From an uncultured Cytophagales bacterium (lineage in GTDB: Bacteria > Bacteroidota > Bacteroidia > Cytophagales > Spirosomataceae): 64,000 nt of DNA. The DNA lies in assembly GCA_964399465.1 (NCBI GenBank), contig CAYNRA010000006.1, forward strand, positions 1,060-65,059. The letters run 5' to 3'. Positions 35,772 to 46,353 of this stretch are shown piece after piece. Within the stretch, counting starts at the first letter, position 1. Each line of letters opens with the position of its first letter. The notes under the pieces were generated by a model, which was given only the letters and a program-made list of their open reading frames with translations, had not been told where the DNA came from and ran no database searches. Both the position numbers and the translations under genes were made by a program.

Positions 35772-37076
35772 ATGAAAAATACATTCAAATCAATACTATT
35801 CAGCTTAAGCGCCCTCTGGATGCTAAGCTCGTGTGAAGATGAGCTCATCAAACCAGTATTGGCTGATGGTGCTGCACCTGTTGTCAATGTATCTGTACAA
35901 ACACTTGTTTTAAACAAGGACAATGCAGAGCAAAATGCCGTCACAATCTCTTGGTCAAAACCAGACTTTGGATTCAATGCTGGTGCTTCCTACAATTTAA
36001 AAATTGATAAAAAAGGAGGCGATTTTAGCAAGGGAATCAATATAGGAATGGGACAAGCTCTCTCAAAAACCTACAAAGTAAAAGAATTAAATAACTTACT
36101 TTTAGGTTTGGGTATGGAACCTGGCAAGGCGGCTGACTTGGATATCAAAGTAGAAGCTGTTCTTGGGCAATCTACAGTACTTTCCTCTCCGATTATCTCC
36201 ATGAAAGCAACGGCTTACCAAGATAAGTTGGATTTATCTTCGCCTTGGGGACTTGTGGGTAGTGCAACAACAAATGGTTGGAACGGTCCGGATATGCCTT
36301 TCTTCAAAACAGCAGTTCCGAATGTCTTTGTTGCGTATGTTACCTTGGGTGACGGAGAAATCAAGATACGTAAAAACAACGATTGGGGCGAGAATTATGG
36401 TGGTTCAAATGGAAAATTGAATCCAGGTGGCGACAACATTGCTGTAACAGCTGGTACCTATCAGATAACTTTTGATGCCGCTAATTTGACCTACAAAATC
36501 GAGAAACTCACTTGGGGAATTGTTGGAAGTGCTACTGTAAATAGTTGGAATGGACCAGATATGCCGCTAACCTATGACCCAAGCAGCGATACTTGGAGAG
36601 CTTTGGTTATGTTGAATGAAGGTGAAATCAAGTTCAGAAAGAACAACGACTGGTCTGTAAACTTTGGAGATTCAGGTGCAAATGGAACACTTGATGCAGG
36701 CGGCGACAACATCGCGGTTAAAAAAGGAAGCTACCTTATCACTGTTGACTTCAACAAAAATACGTACACTATCGAGGCGAAGAAAATTTTAGGTATTGTG
36801 GGTAGTGCTACTCCAAACGGTTGGGATGGCCCAGATACTAAATTCAACTTAGACTACGCAAAAGAAGGTATTTGGTATATAAATGGAATGGTACTGAAGA
36901 GCGGTGAAGTCAAATTCAGAGAAAATGATGATTGGTCTGTCAACTACGGAGACGATGGTGCTAACGGTACATTAGAGCCAGGTGGAGCAAATATAGCAGT
37001 TTCAGAAGGTACGTATAATATTACGTTGGATTTTAGTAATCCAGCGTCACCAACCTACAAAATGGTGAAAAGATAG
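35772..37076 (+). CDS. SusE/SusF-like outer-membrane starch-binding lipoprotein
   Basis: 434 aa. Lipobox MLSSC. A SusE-like N-terminal domain is followed by three tandem modules of about 92 aa (WG(L/I)VGSAT.NGW.GPD...GE(I/V)KFR.N(N/D)DW..N(Y/F)G). Confidence 0.8.
   Translation: MKNTFKSILFSLSALWMLSSCEDELIKPVLADGAAPVVNVSVQTLVLNKDNAEQNAVTISWSKPDFGFNAGASYNLKIDKKGGDFSKGINIGMGQALSKTYKVKELNNLLLGLGMEPGKAADLDIKVEAVLGQSTVLSSPIISMKATAYQDKLDLSSPWGLVGSATTNGWNGPDMPFFKTAVPNVFVAYVTLGDGEIKIRKNNDWGENYGGSNGKLNPGGDNIAVTAGTYQITFDAANLTYKIEKLTWGIVGSATVNSWNGPDMPLTYDPSSDTWRALVMLNEGEIKFRKNNDWSVNFGDSGANGTLDAGGDNIAVKKGSYLITVDFNKNTYTIEAKKILGIVGSATPNGWDGPDTKFNLDYAKEGIWYINGMVLKSGEVKFRENDDWSVNYGDDGANGTLEPGGANIAVSEGTYNITLDFSNPASPTYKMVKR
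36246..37073 (+). repeat. three tandem modules of about 276 nt (about 92 aa), putative starch-binding, inside the SusE/F-like CDS
   Basis: Modules start at 36246, 36513 and 36789. The protein-level repeat is clear. The DNA copies have diverged, so this is an old duplication. Confidence 0.8.
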
Positions 37077-37117
37077 TTAATTGTTTAGTCTATTAGCTTC
37101 ATTATAGGTTATGTTTA

Positions 37118-37150
37118 AAGGCTGCACGATTTTTTGTGCAGCTTTTTTTT
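37118..37150 (+). terminator. rho-independent terminator inside the starch locus, between the susE/F-like gene and the GH13 lipoprotein gene
   Basis: Stem GCTGCAC / GTGCAGC followed by T8. Confidence 0.8.
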
Positions 37151-37172
37151 ACCACGTAAACCCTCAAATCCC

Positions 37173-38567
37173 ATGACAAAGAGCAACCCTTATTTTGTAT
37201 TACTACTTTCAATTCTTCTTTTTTCAAGATGCACACCAGAGGCACCAACCGAGCCCGTTGCAAATACTCCAACTGATTTAACAACACTTCCTGCATCTGG
37301 AGATATCATGATGCAAACTTTCTATTGGGATGTAGAACCCCGCGGAGGTTGGTGGAAAGTCATAGAACCCAAATTAGCTCAATGGGCCGCAATTGGTGTA
37401 AATCGTATTTGGCTTCCTCCCGTTTCAAAAGGAATGTCAGGTGGTTTTTCGATGGGCTATGATCCCATGGATTATTTCGATTTTGGCGAATACGACCAAA
37501 TGGGTACCATTCCAACCCGATTTGGAACAAGAAAAGAGCTTGAACAGTTGATCTCAACAGCACACCAAAATAAAATAGAGGTGGTCGCTGATATTGTTTT
37601 GAACCACAACAGCGGCGGAAGTTTACAATTTAATCCGTATAGAAATAAAAATACATATACGCTATTCCAACCTAAATCTGGAAAATTTCCACGTAGCTAC
37701 GAGGATTTTCATCCCAATTCTTTGAGACAAAAAGACGAAGGAGATTTATTTTTCCCAGAACAAGATGTATCGCATGTGCAACCCAATGTCCAATTTTGGC
37801 TTTGGGAGAGTGATGAATCTGTGGCAAAGTACTATAAAAATGTCATGAAATTTGATGGCTGGCGATTTGATTACGTACTTGGTTTTTCGCCGGATGTCAT
37901 CAAAAAATGGATGGAAGCCGTAGGTGGTTATGCAGTTGCTGAACTTTGGGATGGTAATCCGGATGTATTGGAAAGGTATGTAAACCAGACAGGAGTTCGT
38001 GTTTTTGAATTTTCTACGTTTTATGCTTTGGAACAAGCTTTAGACGGAGATAATATGAACATCTTAAAAGATAGAAATACCTTTTTGAAAAGGAATCCTG
38101 CTAAATCGGTCACGTTCACAGCAAATCACGATACAGAAAAAGACACAAATCAAGGAAATAGAATAAATGTTGCTAACAAACTGTTGGCATATGCTTACAT
38201 TTTAACGCATGATGGTGAGCCCTGTATTTTTTATTCGGACTATGAATCTGTTTTGCCAAAGCGAGAATTGGAACGTTTAATGCTCATTAACAGAACATTA
38301 GCAAAAGGTACAACCGGCGTTTTGTTTGCTGACCGTGAAAAATATATCGCACTTCGAGGAGGGAATGCGTCCGTTCCTGGGTTAGTCGTCTTTTTGAACA
38401 ACGGGACAGTTCCAATGACCCAGACAGTTATCACACCTTGGAAAAACGCTACACTCGTCGATTACTCCAATCATACCAACAAAGAAATCAAAACAGACCA
38501 AAACGGTCGTGCCACCTTGGAGGCAGCAGCAAAAAATTTCACCATTTGGTCACTTAAAAAAATTTAA
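37173..38567 (+). CDS. alpha-amylase, GH13, lipoprotein
   Basis: I chose the start at 37173 (MTKSNPYFVLLLSILLFSRC lipobox) because the ORF-track start at 37134 lies inside the upstream terminator hairpin. GH13 regions present: DIVLNHN, GWRFDYVLG, AELWD, FTANHDT. Confidence 0.9.
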   Translation: MTKSNPYFVLLLSILLFSRCTPEAPTEPVANTPTDLTTLPASGDIMMQTFYWDVEPRGGWWKVIEPKLAQWAAIGVNRIWLPPVSKGMSGGFSMGYDPMDYFDFGEYDQMGTIPTRFGTRKELEQLISTAHQNKIEVVADIVLNHNSGGSLQFNPYRNKNTYTLFQPKSGKFPRSYEDFHPNSLRQKDEGDLFFPEQDVSHVQPNVQFWLWESDESVAKYYKNVMKFDGWRFDYVLGFSPDVIKKWMEAVGGYAVAELWDGNPDVLERYVNQTGVRVFEFSTFYALEQALDGDNMNILKDRNTFLKRNPAKSVTFTANHDTEKDTNQGNRINVANKLLAYAYILTHDGEPCIFYSDYESVLPKRELERLMLINRTLAKGTTGVLFADREKYIALRGGNASVPGLVVFLNNGTVPMTQTVITPWKNATLVDYSNHTNKEIKTDQNGRATLEAAAKNFTIWSLKKI

Positions 38568-38570
38568 ATC

Positions 38571-40421
38571 ATGGTAAAAAAAAGCCTTATTTTACTTCTC
38601 TTCCCACTCTTTGTATGGGCACAAGGGCAAAAAATTGTTCAGCGAATAGAACCAGCAAACTGGTGGGTTGGCATGAAGAATCCTTCTGTTCAAATCCTAT
38701 TATACGGTAAAAATATACAAGATGCAGAAGTTCGGATAAACGCAAAATTCATTCAAATTGAGCAAATTTATCGACCTGAAAACCCAAATTACTTATTTCT
38801 TTATACCCGTATTTCTTCAAATGCTACCCCCGAAAAAGCAAGCATTGAATTGATTAAAAATAATAAAATTCTAGAAAAACACACATTTGAATTAAAAGAA
38901 AGAGAGAGTTATTCGTCTGATAGACAAGGATTTAATTCGTCAGACATGATTTATCTCATTACCCCTGACCGTTTTGTGAATGGTGACGTTTCAAACGACG
39001 CGCTCCCAAACTATGTAGATAAATTAAACCGTTCCAAGCTAGACGGCAGACACGGAGGAGATTTACAGGGAATTATCAACCAATTGGACTACATAGAAAA
39101 ATTGGGTGTCACCGCTCTATGGCTTAATCCCGTTCTTGAAAACGCACAACCTCAAGCTTCTTATCACGGATATGCCATCACTGACTTTTACAAAGTAGAT
39201 CCTCGCTATGGCTCCAATGAATTATATCTCACACTAGCGAAAGAAGCAAAAAAAAGAGGCATCAAATTAATCATTGACGGTGTATTAAATCATGCAGGAT
39301 CTGAACATTGGATGGTCAAGGATTTACCCATGAAAGATTTCTTGAACTACCAAGAAAAACCGGTTATGACGACACACCGCCGAGAAACCATTCAGGACCC
39401 GTACGCGACACAAGTCGATAAAAAGAAACATGCTGACGGTTGGTTTGTAACGACCATGCCTGATTTAAATCAACGAAATCCACATCTGGCAAAATACCTC
39501 ATTCAAAATACCATTTGGTGGGTAGAATATGCCCAGCTTGGTGGAATCCGAATGGACACCTATTCATATCCTGATGCAGATTTCATGGCAGAATGGTCAA
39601 AAGCCGTTATGAGTGAATATCCAAATTTCTCTATCGTAGGCGAGGAGTGGTCCACTAATCCTGCTATTGTATCTTATTGGCAAAGAGATAAAAAAAACAG
39701 CAATGGTTATACCTCCGCTTTACCTTCTTTGATGGATTTCCCGCTTCAAGAAGCTATTATTCAGTCAATTAAAGAAAAACAAAATCCATGGGACCCGAAA
39801 TGGATAGCCATGTATAGTGCGTTGGCGAATGACTTTTTATATCCTCATCCAAACGATTTGGTGATTTTTGCGGATAATCATGACATGAGTAGAGTTTATA
39901 CGCAAATAAATGAGGATAAACTTGGATTAAAACAAGCACTCGTTTTTTTAGCAACAACGCGCGGTATCCCTCAGATTTACTACGGTACAGAGATACTATT
40001 ATCGAATCCGAAAAGTGATGACCATGGTGAAATTCGGTCAGATATGCCTGGAGGATGGCCAACAGATACGGCAAGTGCTTTTACAGGAAAAAATCTTCGT
40101 GCAGACCAAGCGGAGATACTGGCGTTTACACAAAAGTTATTCCAATGGAGAAAGAAAAATTCCGTCATACATCAAGGCAAACTGACGCATTATTCACCTC
40201 AAAATGGTATCTATACGTATTTCCGTTACCAGAACGATGAAAAAGTAATGGTTGTACTAAATAAAAACAAACAACCTTTGACCGTATCATTAACAGATTA
40301 TGCAGAAATGACATCCGGCTTGCAAATTGGTGAGCCGATTATGCTAGAAGGGGCTGAGGTTAAATCTCAGCAAATTCATTTTAACCAGCCTGGTTTTTGC
40401 ATCATTCCGTTGATCAAATGA
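38571..40421 (+). CDS. GH13 cyclomaltodextrinase/neopullulanase-type alpha-amylase (SusA-like)
   Basis: 616 aa. Signal peptide, N-terminal cyclomaltodextrinase-type domain (IEPANWWVGM), and GH13 regions DGVLNHAG, GIRMDTY, VGEEW, FADNHDM. Confidence 0.9.
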   Translation: MVKKSLILLLFPLFVWAQGQKIVQRIEPANWWVGMKNPSVQILLYGKNIQDAEVRINAKFIQIEQIYRPENPNYLFLYTRISSNATPEKASIELIKNNKILEKHTFELKERESYSSDRQGFNSSDMIYLITPDRFVNGDVSNDALPNYVDKLNRSKLDGRHGGDLQGIINQLDYIEKLGVTALWLNPVLENAQPQASYHGYAITDFYKVDPRYGSNELYLTLAKEAKKRGIKLIIDGVLNHAGSEHWMVKDLPMKDFLNYQEKPVMTTHRRETIQDPYATQVDKKKHADGWFVTTMPDLNQRNPHLAKYLIQNTIWWVEYAQLGGIRMDTYSYPDADFMAEWSKAVMSEYPNFSIVGEEWSTNPAIVSYWQRDKKNSNGYTSALPSLMDFPLQEAIIQSIKEKQNPWDPKWIAMYSALANDFLYPHPNDLVIFADNHDMSRVYTQINEDKLGLKQALVFLATTRGIPQIYYGTEILLSNPKSDDHGEIRSDMPGGWPTDTASAFTGKNLRADQAEILAFTQKLFQWRKKNSVIHQGKLTHYSPQNGIYTYFRYQNDEKVMVVLNKNKQPLTVSLTDYAEMTSGLQIGEPIMLEGAEVKSQQIHFNQPGFCIIPLIK

Positions 40422-40429
40422 AAAGTAAG

Positions 40430-40468
40430 AGAGGAAGCCAACGTTGGAAGTTGGTTTCCTCTTTTTTT
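40430..40468 (+). terminator. rho-independent terminator ending the starch locus
   Basis: Stem AGAGGAAGCCAAC / GTTGGTTTCCTCT (13 bp, 1 mismatch) followed by T7. Confidence 0.85.
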
Positions 40469-40535
40469 AGATAGCTGTTTGTATCTTTGCGAAGATCAAA
40501 AATAGGTTTGGTCTTTTGAATTTAGACACAGGATT

Positions 40536-41273
40536 ATGTTATCCAAACAACAACAAAAGAATATTCTTTCCTTACACACCAAAAAATACCGGCAGGAATC
40601 AGGTTTATTTTTGGTAGAGGGTGGGAAAAATTTGGTGGAGCTACTGCATTCAAATTTTGAGATAGAACAACTATTTTGTACAGAAAAGTGGTTCAAAAAA
40701 AACGAAAAATTACTGACTGATATCGCCTATAGCATCGAAATACCCGAATTAATCGAGAAAGTAAGCACATTCAAGGCAAATGATAGTGGCGTTGCAGTTG
40801 TACGCCAAAAAAAGAATGAAGTCATCTCTACAGCATCTAAAGCAGAACTACTATTAGTTTTAGATGGAATAAAAGACCCAGGAAATCTGGGTACTATCAT
40901 ACGGCTAGCAGACTGGTACGGTATTCCGAATATCGTTTGTTCAGAGGATACCGTTGAATTTTACAATCCGAAGGTCATCAGTGCAACGATGGGTTCTTTC
41001 ACACGTGTTCAGGTAGGCTACACACAGCTGGAAACATGGTTAAAAAACTATCCATCAACTATTTATGGAGCGTTTTTGAATGGAGAAAACATGCATCAGA
41101 TGCAATTTACCAAACCAGCAGCCCTGCTTATTGGAAGTGAATCTCACGGGATAAGAAGCGAAATTGAGCCGTATATCTCTTCAAAAATTACAATTCCTTG
41201 TTTCGGGGGAGCGGAATCCCTTAATGCAGGGGTAGCCACAGGAATTATACTCGATAATCTTGTTCGGAATTAG
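40536..41273 (+). CDS. TrmH/SpoU family RNA 2'-O-methyltransferase
   Basis: 245 aa. Motifs DGIKDPGNLGTIIRLADWYG, LLIGSESHGI and ESLNAGVATGI. Confidence 0.85.
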   Translation: MLSKQQQKNILSLHTKKYRQESGLFLVEGGKNLVELLHSNFEIEQLFCTEKWFKKNEKLLTDIAYSIEIPELIEKVSTFKANDSGVAVVRQKKNEVISTASKAELLLVLDGIKDPGNLGTIIRLADWYGIPNIVCSEDTVEFYNPKVISATMGSFTRVQVGYTQLETWLKNYPSTIYGAFLNGENMHQMQFTKPAALLIGSESHGIRSEIEPYISSKITIPCFGGAESLNAGVATGIILDNLVRN

Positions 41274-41360
41274 TGGATACGACTATGTCATAATAAGTTT
41301 ATTTTCGTGTATCGTAGTTTTTTACGACTTTTGCACAAATTTTAACAACATGTAACCAGA

Positions 41361-43241
41361 ATGGGAAATATTGACAAAAACCAAGTAATTGGCTTTCTTT
41401 TATTAATTGTAATGTACGGAGCCTACATGTTTTTTATACCTGAGGCCACTCCAGAAGCACTCGCTCCAACAAAAGTGGAAGCAACCTCCACACAAACTAC
41501 AGCCGCCGCTTCCTCTACATCTATACCAACTCCTGACTCCACTCAATTAGCAACTACTTACGGAAGTTTCGCCTCATTTGCACAAGGAACTCCGCAAAAT
41601 ATTTCAATTGAAAACGAAGATATCAAGGTTGTTTTCTCTTCCAAAGGAGGTACAATAGAGAATGTCATCTTAAAAAAATACAAAACATACGCTGCTTTCC
41701 AAGCAAAAAAAGATGAGACACTTCAGTTGATTGATAAGAACAACTCAAACATGAATGTTATTCTTTCAACTTTGAATGGTCCTGTAGATATAAAACAATT
41801 GCATTTCTCCACTTCAGCGGTTTCTCAAATCATAAAGGGAGAAGAAATTGCGAAGGTCTCATTTGAGTTGGCATTAAGTCCTACACAAAAAATTACGCAG
41901 ACTTATACAATTACTGGAACCGGCTATCAGGTTGATTATGACCTAGATTTGAAAGGGCTAGATCCACTTTTGAAAGACAAAGATGTAAAATTCGTTTGGG
42001 AAGATAAGCTCAAAATCTTGGAAAATGACCTAAATGAAAACAGAAAAGCCGCTCAAATTAATTTTTATAATGCAGAAGAAGGTTTTGATGACCTTGGGGC
42101 AAACTCTGTTGGTGATGACCAAGAAACACCTGAAATACCCGTTCAATGGTTTTCATTCAAACAAAAATATTTTGTTACTGGATTTGTAGCTAAAAGTCAA
42201 GCTTTGGCAAAACCTTCCTTCACGATTACGACACCGGTAGAAGATACTAGCTTTGTAAAATTGGTAAAAGCGGAAACTATTCTCCCCTATTCTGACTTAA
42301 ACAGCGGCAAAGGAAACTACCGATTCTTCTTTGGGCCAAACGACTACAAGGTGGTTAATCAAGTAGCCGAGGGCTTCCACGGGAACGTGTATTTAGGATA
42401 CGACATCGTAAAGCCCATCAACCGCTTCATCTTCGTTCCTTTATTCGAATGGTTTGAAAACTTCATCTCAAACTACGGATTCTTGATCATCGTTGTGGTT
42501 CTATTTATCAAACTTGCCTTAACCCCTTTGATTTACAAATCGTATGTGAGCTCGGCAAAAATGCGGATTTTAACACCAGAGATAAACGAGATAAAAGAAA
42601 AAATCGGTGATGACCAAGTGAAAATACAGCAAGAAACCATGAAATTATACCAAGAAGTTGGTGTAAGCCCGCTAAGCGGTTGTGTACCCATGCTCTTGCA
42701 AATGCCTATTTTAATGTCCGTGTTTTTCTTGTTCCCCAACATGATTATGTTCCGTCAGCAACCTTTCTTGTGGGCACCCGATTTATCTACGTATGATGCA
42801 CCCTTATCTTGGGCAGTAAATTTACCAATTATAGGTAACCATATCAGTTTGTTTGTTGTTTTGATGACTATCTCTAGTTTAGCGTTCACTTATTACAACA
42901 ACCAAATTACGCCTGCACAACCTGGGCCAATTGATATGAAGAAGATTAGCTACGTTTTTCCGCTTGTTTTCTTCTTTGTGTTGAATAGCTTCCCAGCAGC
43001 TTTGAGTTTCTACTACTTGGTTTCTAACTTGGTTACGATTGGTCAACAACTTATTGTTCGTAAATTCATTGATGAAGATAAAATCAAAGAGGTTTTAGCA
43101 GCGAACAAAGTTAAGTTTCAGACAAAACCGAAGAAAACAAGTAAATTCACTGAGTATCTTCAAAAGCAACTTCAAAGCACCGAAGAGGCGAAAAAGAAAC
43201 AATTAGAAATTAATCAAAAGAAAAGAAATAATAAGAAGTAA
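41361..43241 (+). CDS. yidC: membrane protein insertase YidC
   Basis: 626 aa. Large periplasmic domain, then the conserved core PLSGCVPMLLQMPILMSVFF and a basic C-terminal tail. Confidence 0.95.
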   Translation: MGNIDKNQVIGFLLLIVMYGAYMFFIPEATPEALAPTKVEATSTQTTAAASSTSIPTPDSTQLATTYGSFASFAQGTPQNISIENEDIKVVFSSKGGTIENVILKKYKTYAAFQAKKDETLQLIDKNNSNMNVILSTLNGPVDIKQLHFSTSAVSQIIKGEEIAKVSFELALSPTQKITQTYTITGTGYQVDYDLDLKGLDPLLKDKDVKFVWEDKLKILENDLNENRKAAQINFYNAEEGFDDLGANSVGDDQETPEIPVQWFSFKQKYFVTGFVAKSQALAKPSFTITTPVEDTSFVKLVKAETILPYSDLNSGKGNYRFFFGPNDYKVVNQVAEGFHGNVYLGYDIVKPINRFIFVPLFEWFENFISNYGFLIIVVVLFIKLALTPLIYKSYVSSAKMRILTPEINEIKEKIGDDQVKIQQETMKLYQEVGVSPLSGCVPMLLQMPILMSVFFLFPNMIMFRQQPFLWAPDLSTYDAPLSWAVNLPIIGNHISLFVVLMTISSLAFTYYNNQITPAQPGPIDMKKISYVFPLVFFFVLNSFPAALSFYYLVSNLVTIGQQLIVRKFIDEDKIKEVLAANKVKFQTKPKKTSKFTEYLQKQLQSTEEAKKKQLEINQKKRNNKK

Positions 43242-43284
43242 AGGAGAATACGTCATTACTTAATGATTTTGAACCCTGTACCAC

Positions 43285-43321
43285 AAAAAGTGTTCTATGT
43301 TTGTTACGTAGAACATTTTTT
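43285..43321 (+). terminator. terminator after yidC
   Basis: Stem TGTTCTA / TAGAACA followed by TTTTTT. Confidence 0.65.
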
Positions 43322-43358
43322 GTATATTTTGATTTCATTTTTCACGCAATAGTAAATT

Positions 43359-45038
43359 ATGAAGCGTTTTCTGACTTTTATTTGTCTCTTTATTTTTGGC
43401 GTTTTATCTACTAATGCCCAAAAACAAGCCCCATTGAGTCCTCCAAATCAATACAAAAAGGCTGTACAACTCTATGTAAACGAACAATATCAAGAAGCAT
43501 TCCCGCTTTTTACCTCTTTAGCTAATCGAGCACAATCGGATGCACTTACACCATATTCGGTTTACTATTCTGCGCTTATTCAATTTAAACAAAAGGATTA
43601 TCTAAAAGCACGTGTACTATTACGGCAACAAATGGAGCGATTCCCGAATTGGGAAAAGTTAGATGAAACATATTATCTCTATGCGCTTGCAAATCATGCA
43701 GACGGATACCACGATGTTGCGTTTGAATATGCTCAAAAGATTACAGAGCCCTCCCTACTTAAAGAAATTGAAAAAGCACAAAGTCATTATTTGAAGGAAA
43801 TATTAGATTTAAACCTTCTAAAAAAGTGGTATCAACAGTACCCACAATTCATTCCACTAAATTACCAATTGGTTCAGGCCATACAAAATAAGGAGTATCC
43901 AACCAAGCAAGAATTGGAGCTTAGTGACCTATTGACAAACCGTCTTCGTGCCCGTTTCGAAACGAGTGCAACAGCCAATAACCAATCTATCAAACCGAAC
44001 CCAAGAGATAACAATACCATTGATATGGCAGTTTTGCTTCCATTCAATCTGGACACTTTTGACCCTACTCAAATCAACAGAAAAAACCAATATATCTACG
44101 ACTTATACATAGGAATGCAAATGGCACAAGAAGATGCCAAAAAGAAAGGAATTAAAGTCAAACTACATCCCTTTGACATTGGCAACTCAGCTGAAGATAT
44201 GAACCAACTAGTTCAGTCTGGTGTATTGGAACAAATGGACGTACTCGTAGGGCCGTTGTATCCTGCAGCAAATGATGTTGTTGCTGAGTACCTTACTACG
44301 CATTCTATAATGCAAATACATCCCATTTCAAATAGTCAGTCATTAACTGAAAAATCAGGCAATGCTTTCTTAGTTCAACCCTCATATGAAGCTCAAGCGC
44401 AAAAAGCGTTGGAATTTTCCAGAGAATTGGGAGTTGCAAAGACGGTATCAATCTATCATGGAAGTGCACGTAAAGATGTACTATTTGCAGAAGCTTATGC
44501 CCAAAAAGCAAAAGACTTAGGGTGGAATGTAATAGAAGTAGTTCCCTTTATTGACGAAAAGTCCATACATCCAAGTAAAGGAAATCCAGGGAGCGTTTTT
44601 CTTGTAGGTGATTCCAACTTTGCACCCAAAGTAGCGCGTGCATTACGCAAATACAAAATGAATCCACTATTTTTCACAACAGCAAGTAGCTTCAGCTACA
44701 GTACTGCAACGAAAGAGTTTTTACAATCTAACTTATATATTATTTATCCTGAATTTATCTCAACGCAAAAACAAGAAGTAACCTCATTCAAAAGTAGATA
44801 TATCAATCATGTTGGACTAGCACCTTCTTTTTTCAGTTATTTGGGATACGATATAACCTCTTTTTTCAGTAAAATTTTACAAAAAACAAAACAATCGACG
44901 CGACAAAAACTTGATAGTATTGATTACACACAAGGATATCATCTTTCCGGTTTCGATTACACAAAGGGTAATCAAGTGAACCGAATAGTGCCTATAGTAA
45001 AATACCAAGACGGGCAGTTCATCGAAATCTCAAGATAA
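43359..45038 (+). CDS. secreted TPR-like + type-I periplasmic-binding-fold (Peripla_BP_6-like) protein
   Basis: 559 aa. Signal peptide ending TNAQ. The N-terminal 200 aa or so are helical repeats. The C-terminal region [36 protein letters not shown] resembles LivK/LppC-type binding proteins. Confidence 0.65.
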   Translation: MKRFLTFICLFIFGVLSTNAQKQAPLSPPNQYKKAVQLYVNEQYQEAFPLFTSLANRAQSDALTPYSVYYSALIQFKQKDYLKARVLLRQQMERFPNWEKLDETYYLYALANHADGYHDVAFEYAQKITEPSLLKEIEKAQSHYLKEILDLNLLKKWYQQYPQFIPLNYQLVQAIQNKEYPTKQELELSDLLTNRLRARFETSATANNQSIKPNPRDNNTIDMAVLLPFNLDTFDPTQINRKNQYIYDLYIGMQMAQEDAKKKGIKVKLHPFDIGNSAEDMNQLVQSGVLEQMDVLVGPLYPAANDVVAEYLTTHSIMQIHPISNSQSLTEKSGNAFLVQPSYEAQAQKALEFSRELGVAKTVSIYHGSARKDVLFAEAYAQKAKDLGWNVIEVVPFIDEKSIHPSKGNPGSVFLVGDSNFAPKVARALRKYKMNPLFFTTASSFSYSTATKEFLQSNLYIIYPEFISTQKQEVTSFKSRYINHVGLAPSFFSYLGYDITSFFSKILQKTKQSTRQKLDSIDYTQGYHLSGFDYTKGNQVNRIVPIVKYQDGQFIEISR

Positions 45039-45060
45039 ATATAAAATCAGACATCTCTTC

Positions 45061-46353
45061 ATGAAGAACAAAGTAAGTAAAGAACTATTCGAACGTGCAC
45101 AGCCACTAATTCCGGGTGGGGTTAATTCACCTGTCCGTGCCTTTAAATCAGTTGGAGGATCTCCTATTTTTATCAAAAAGGCAAAAAAAGCATATCTGTA
45201 TGATGAAGATGGTAATAAATACATTGAGTTAATCAACTCATGGGGCCCTATGATTTTAGGACATGCCAACCCGATGATTCAGAAAGCAGTCCGAAAGGCA
45301 ATCAAAAATTCTTTCTCTTACGGTGCGCCTACACGCAGGGAAATACAAATGGCGGAGCTCATCATCGAGATGGTTCCATCTATAGAGAAAGTCAGGATGG
45401 TTAACTCAGGGACAGAAGCGACGATGTCCGCGATTCGTGTAGCGCGTGGTTACACAGGAAGAGATAAAATCATCAAATTTGAAGGTTGTTACCACGGACA
45501 CGGCGATTCATTTTTAATTGCAGCAGGCAGTGGAGTTGTCACCATGGGGTCACCAGACAGCCCTGGCGTCACCAAAGGTACGGCAAACGACACATTAACA
45601 GCCCCTTATAATGACCTGAAAGCAGTGGAAACACTCATTGAGGCAAATCCAAACCAAATTGCTGCACTGATTATTGAACCTGTCGTTGGCAATATGGGAT
45701 GTGTACTACCACAACCAGGATACCTTCAAGGGCTTCGTGATCTTTGTACCAAACACGGTATCGTTCTTATTTTTGACGAAGTAATGACGGGCTTCCGACT
45801 TGCCCCCGGCGGTGCGCAAGAACGTTTCGGTGTGACTCCAGACATGACAACGCTTGGTAAAATCATTGGTGGAGGTATGCCCGTAGGTGCTTATGGAGGG
45901 AAAAAAGAAATCATGGACTGTGTTTCCCCTCAAGGCCCTGTTTATCAAGCAGGTACGCTATCTGGTAACCCAATAGCAATGGCAGCGGGAATCGCCATGC
46001 TCACCTATTTGAAAGAAAATAAGCATATTTATAAAGAATTAGACAACATTGGTCACCAACTTGTCAGTGGCATCAGACAGGTACTTATCGAGAAAAATAT
46101 ACCTTATACCATCAACCATATTGGTTCTATGTACAGCTTATTTTTCACGGAAGAACCTGTTACTGATTTTGCCTCAGCAAAGACATCTGATACGGCATTA
46201 TTCGGGAAATACTTCCATGAAATGCTACAGAGAGGTATTTATCTTGCCCCTTCTCAATATGAATCGTTGTTTTTATCCACAGCACTCACACCTAAATTAA
46301 TCAAAAAAGTGATTGCTGCTCATGCAGAAAGTATCGCCGCTATCCATGCGTAA
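45061..46353 (+). CDS. hemL: glutamate-1-semialdehyde 2,1-aminomutase
   Basis: 430 aa. Motifs [19 protein letters not shown] and [11 protein letters not shown]. Confidence 0.97.
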   Translation: MKNKVSKELFERAQPLIPGGVNSPVRAFKSVGGSPIFIKKAKKAYLYDEDGNKYIELINSWGPMILGHANPMIQKAVRKAIKNSFSYGAPTRREIQMAELIIEMVPSIEKVRMVNSGTEATMSAIRVARGYTGRDKIIKFEGCYHGHGDSFLIAAGSGVVTMGSPDSPGVTKGTANDTLTAPYNDLKAVETLIEANPNQIAALIIEPVVGNMGCVLPQPGYLQGLRDLCTKHGIVLIFDEVMTGFRLAPGGAQERFGVTPDMTTLGKIIGGGMPVGAYGGKKEIMDCVSPQGPVYQAGTLSGNPIAMAAGIAMLTYLKENKHIYKELDNIGHQLVSGIRQVLIEKNIPYTINHIGSMYSLFFTEEPVTDFASAKTSDTALFGKYFHEMLQRGIYLAPSQYESLFLSTALTPKLIKKVIAAHAESIAAIHA

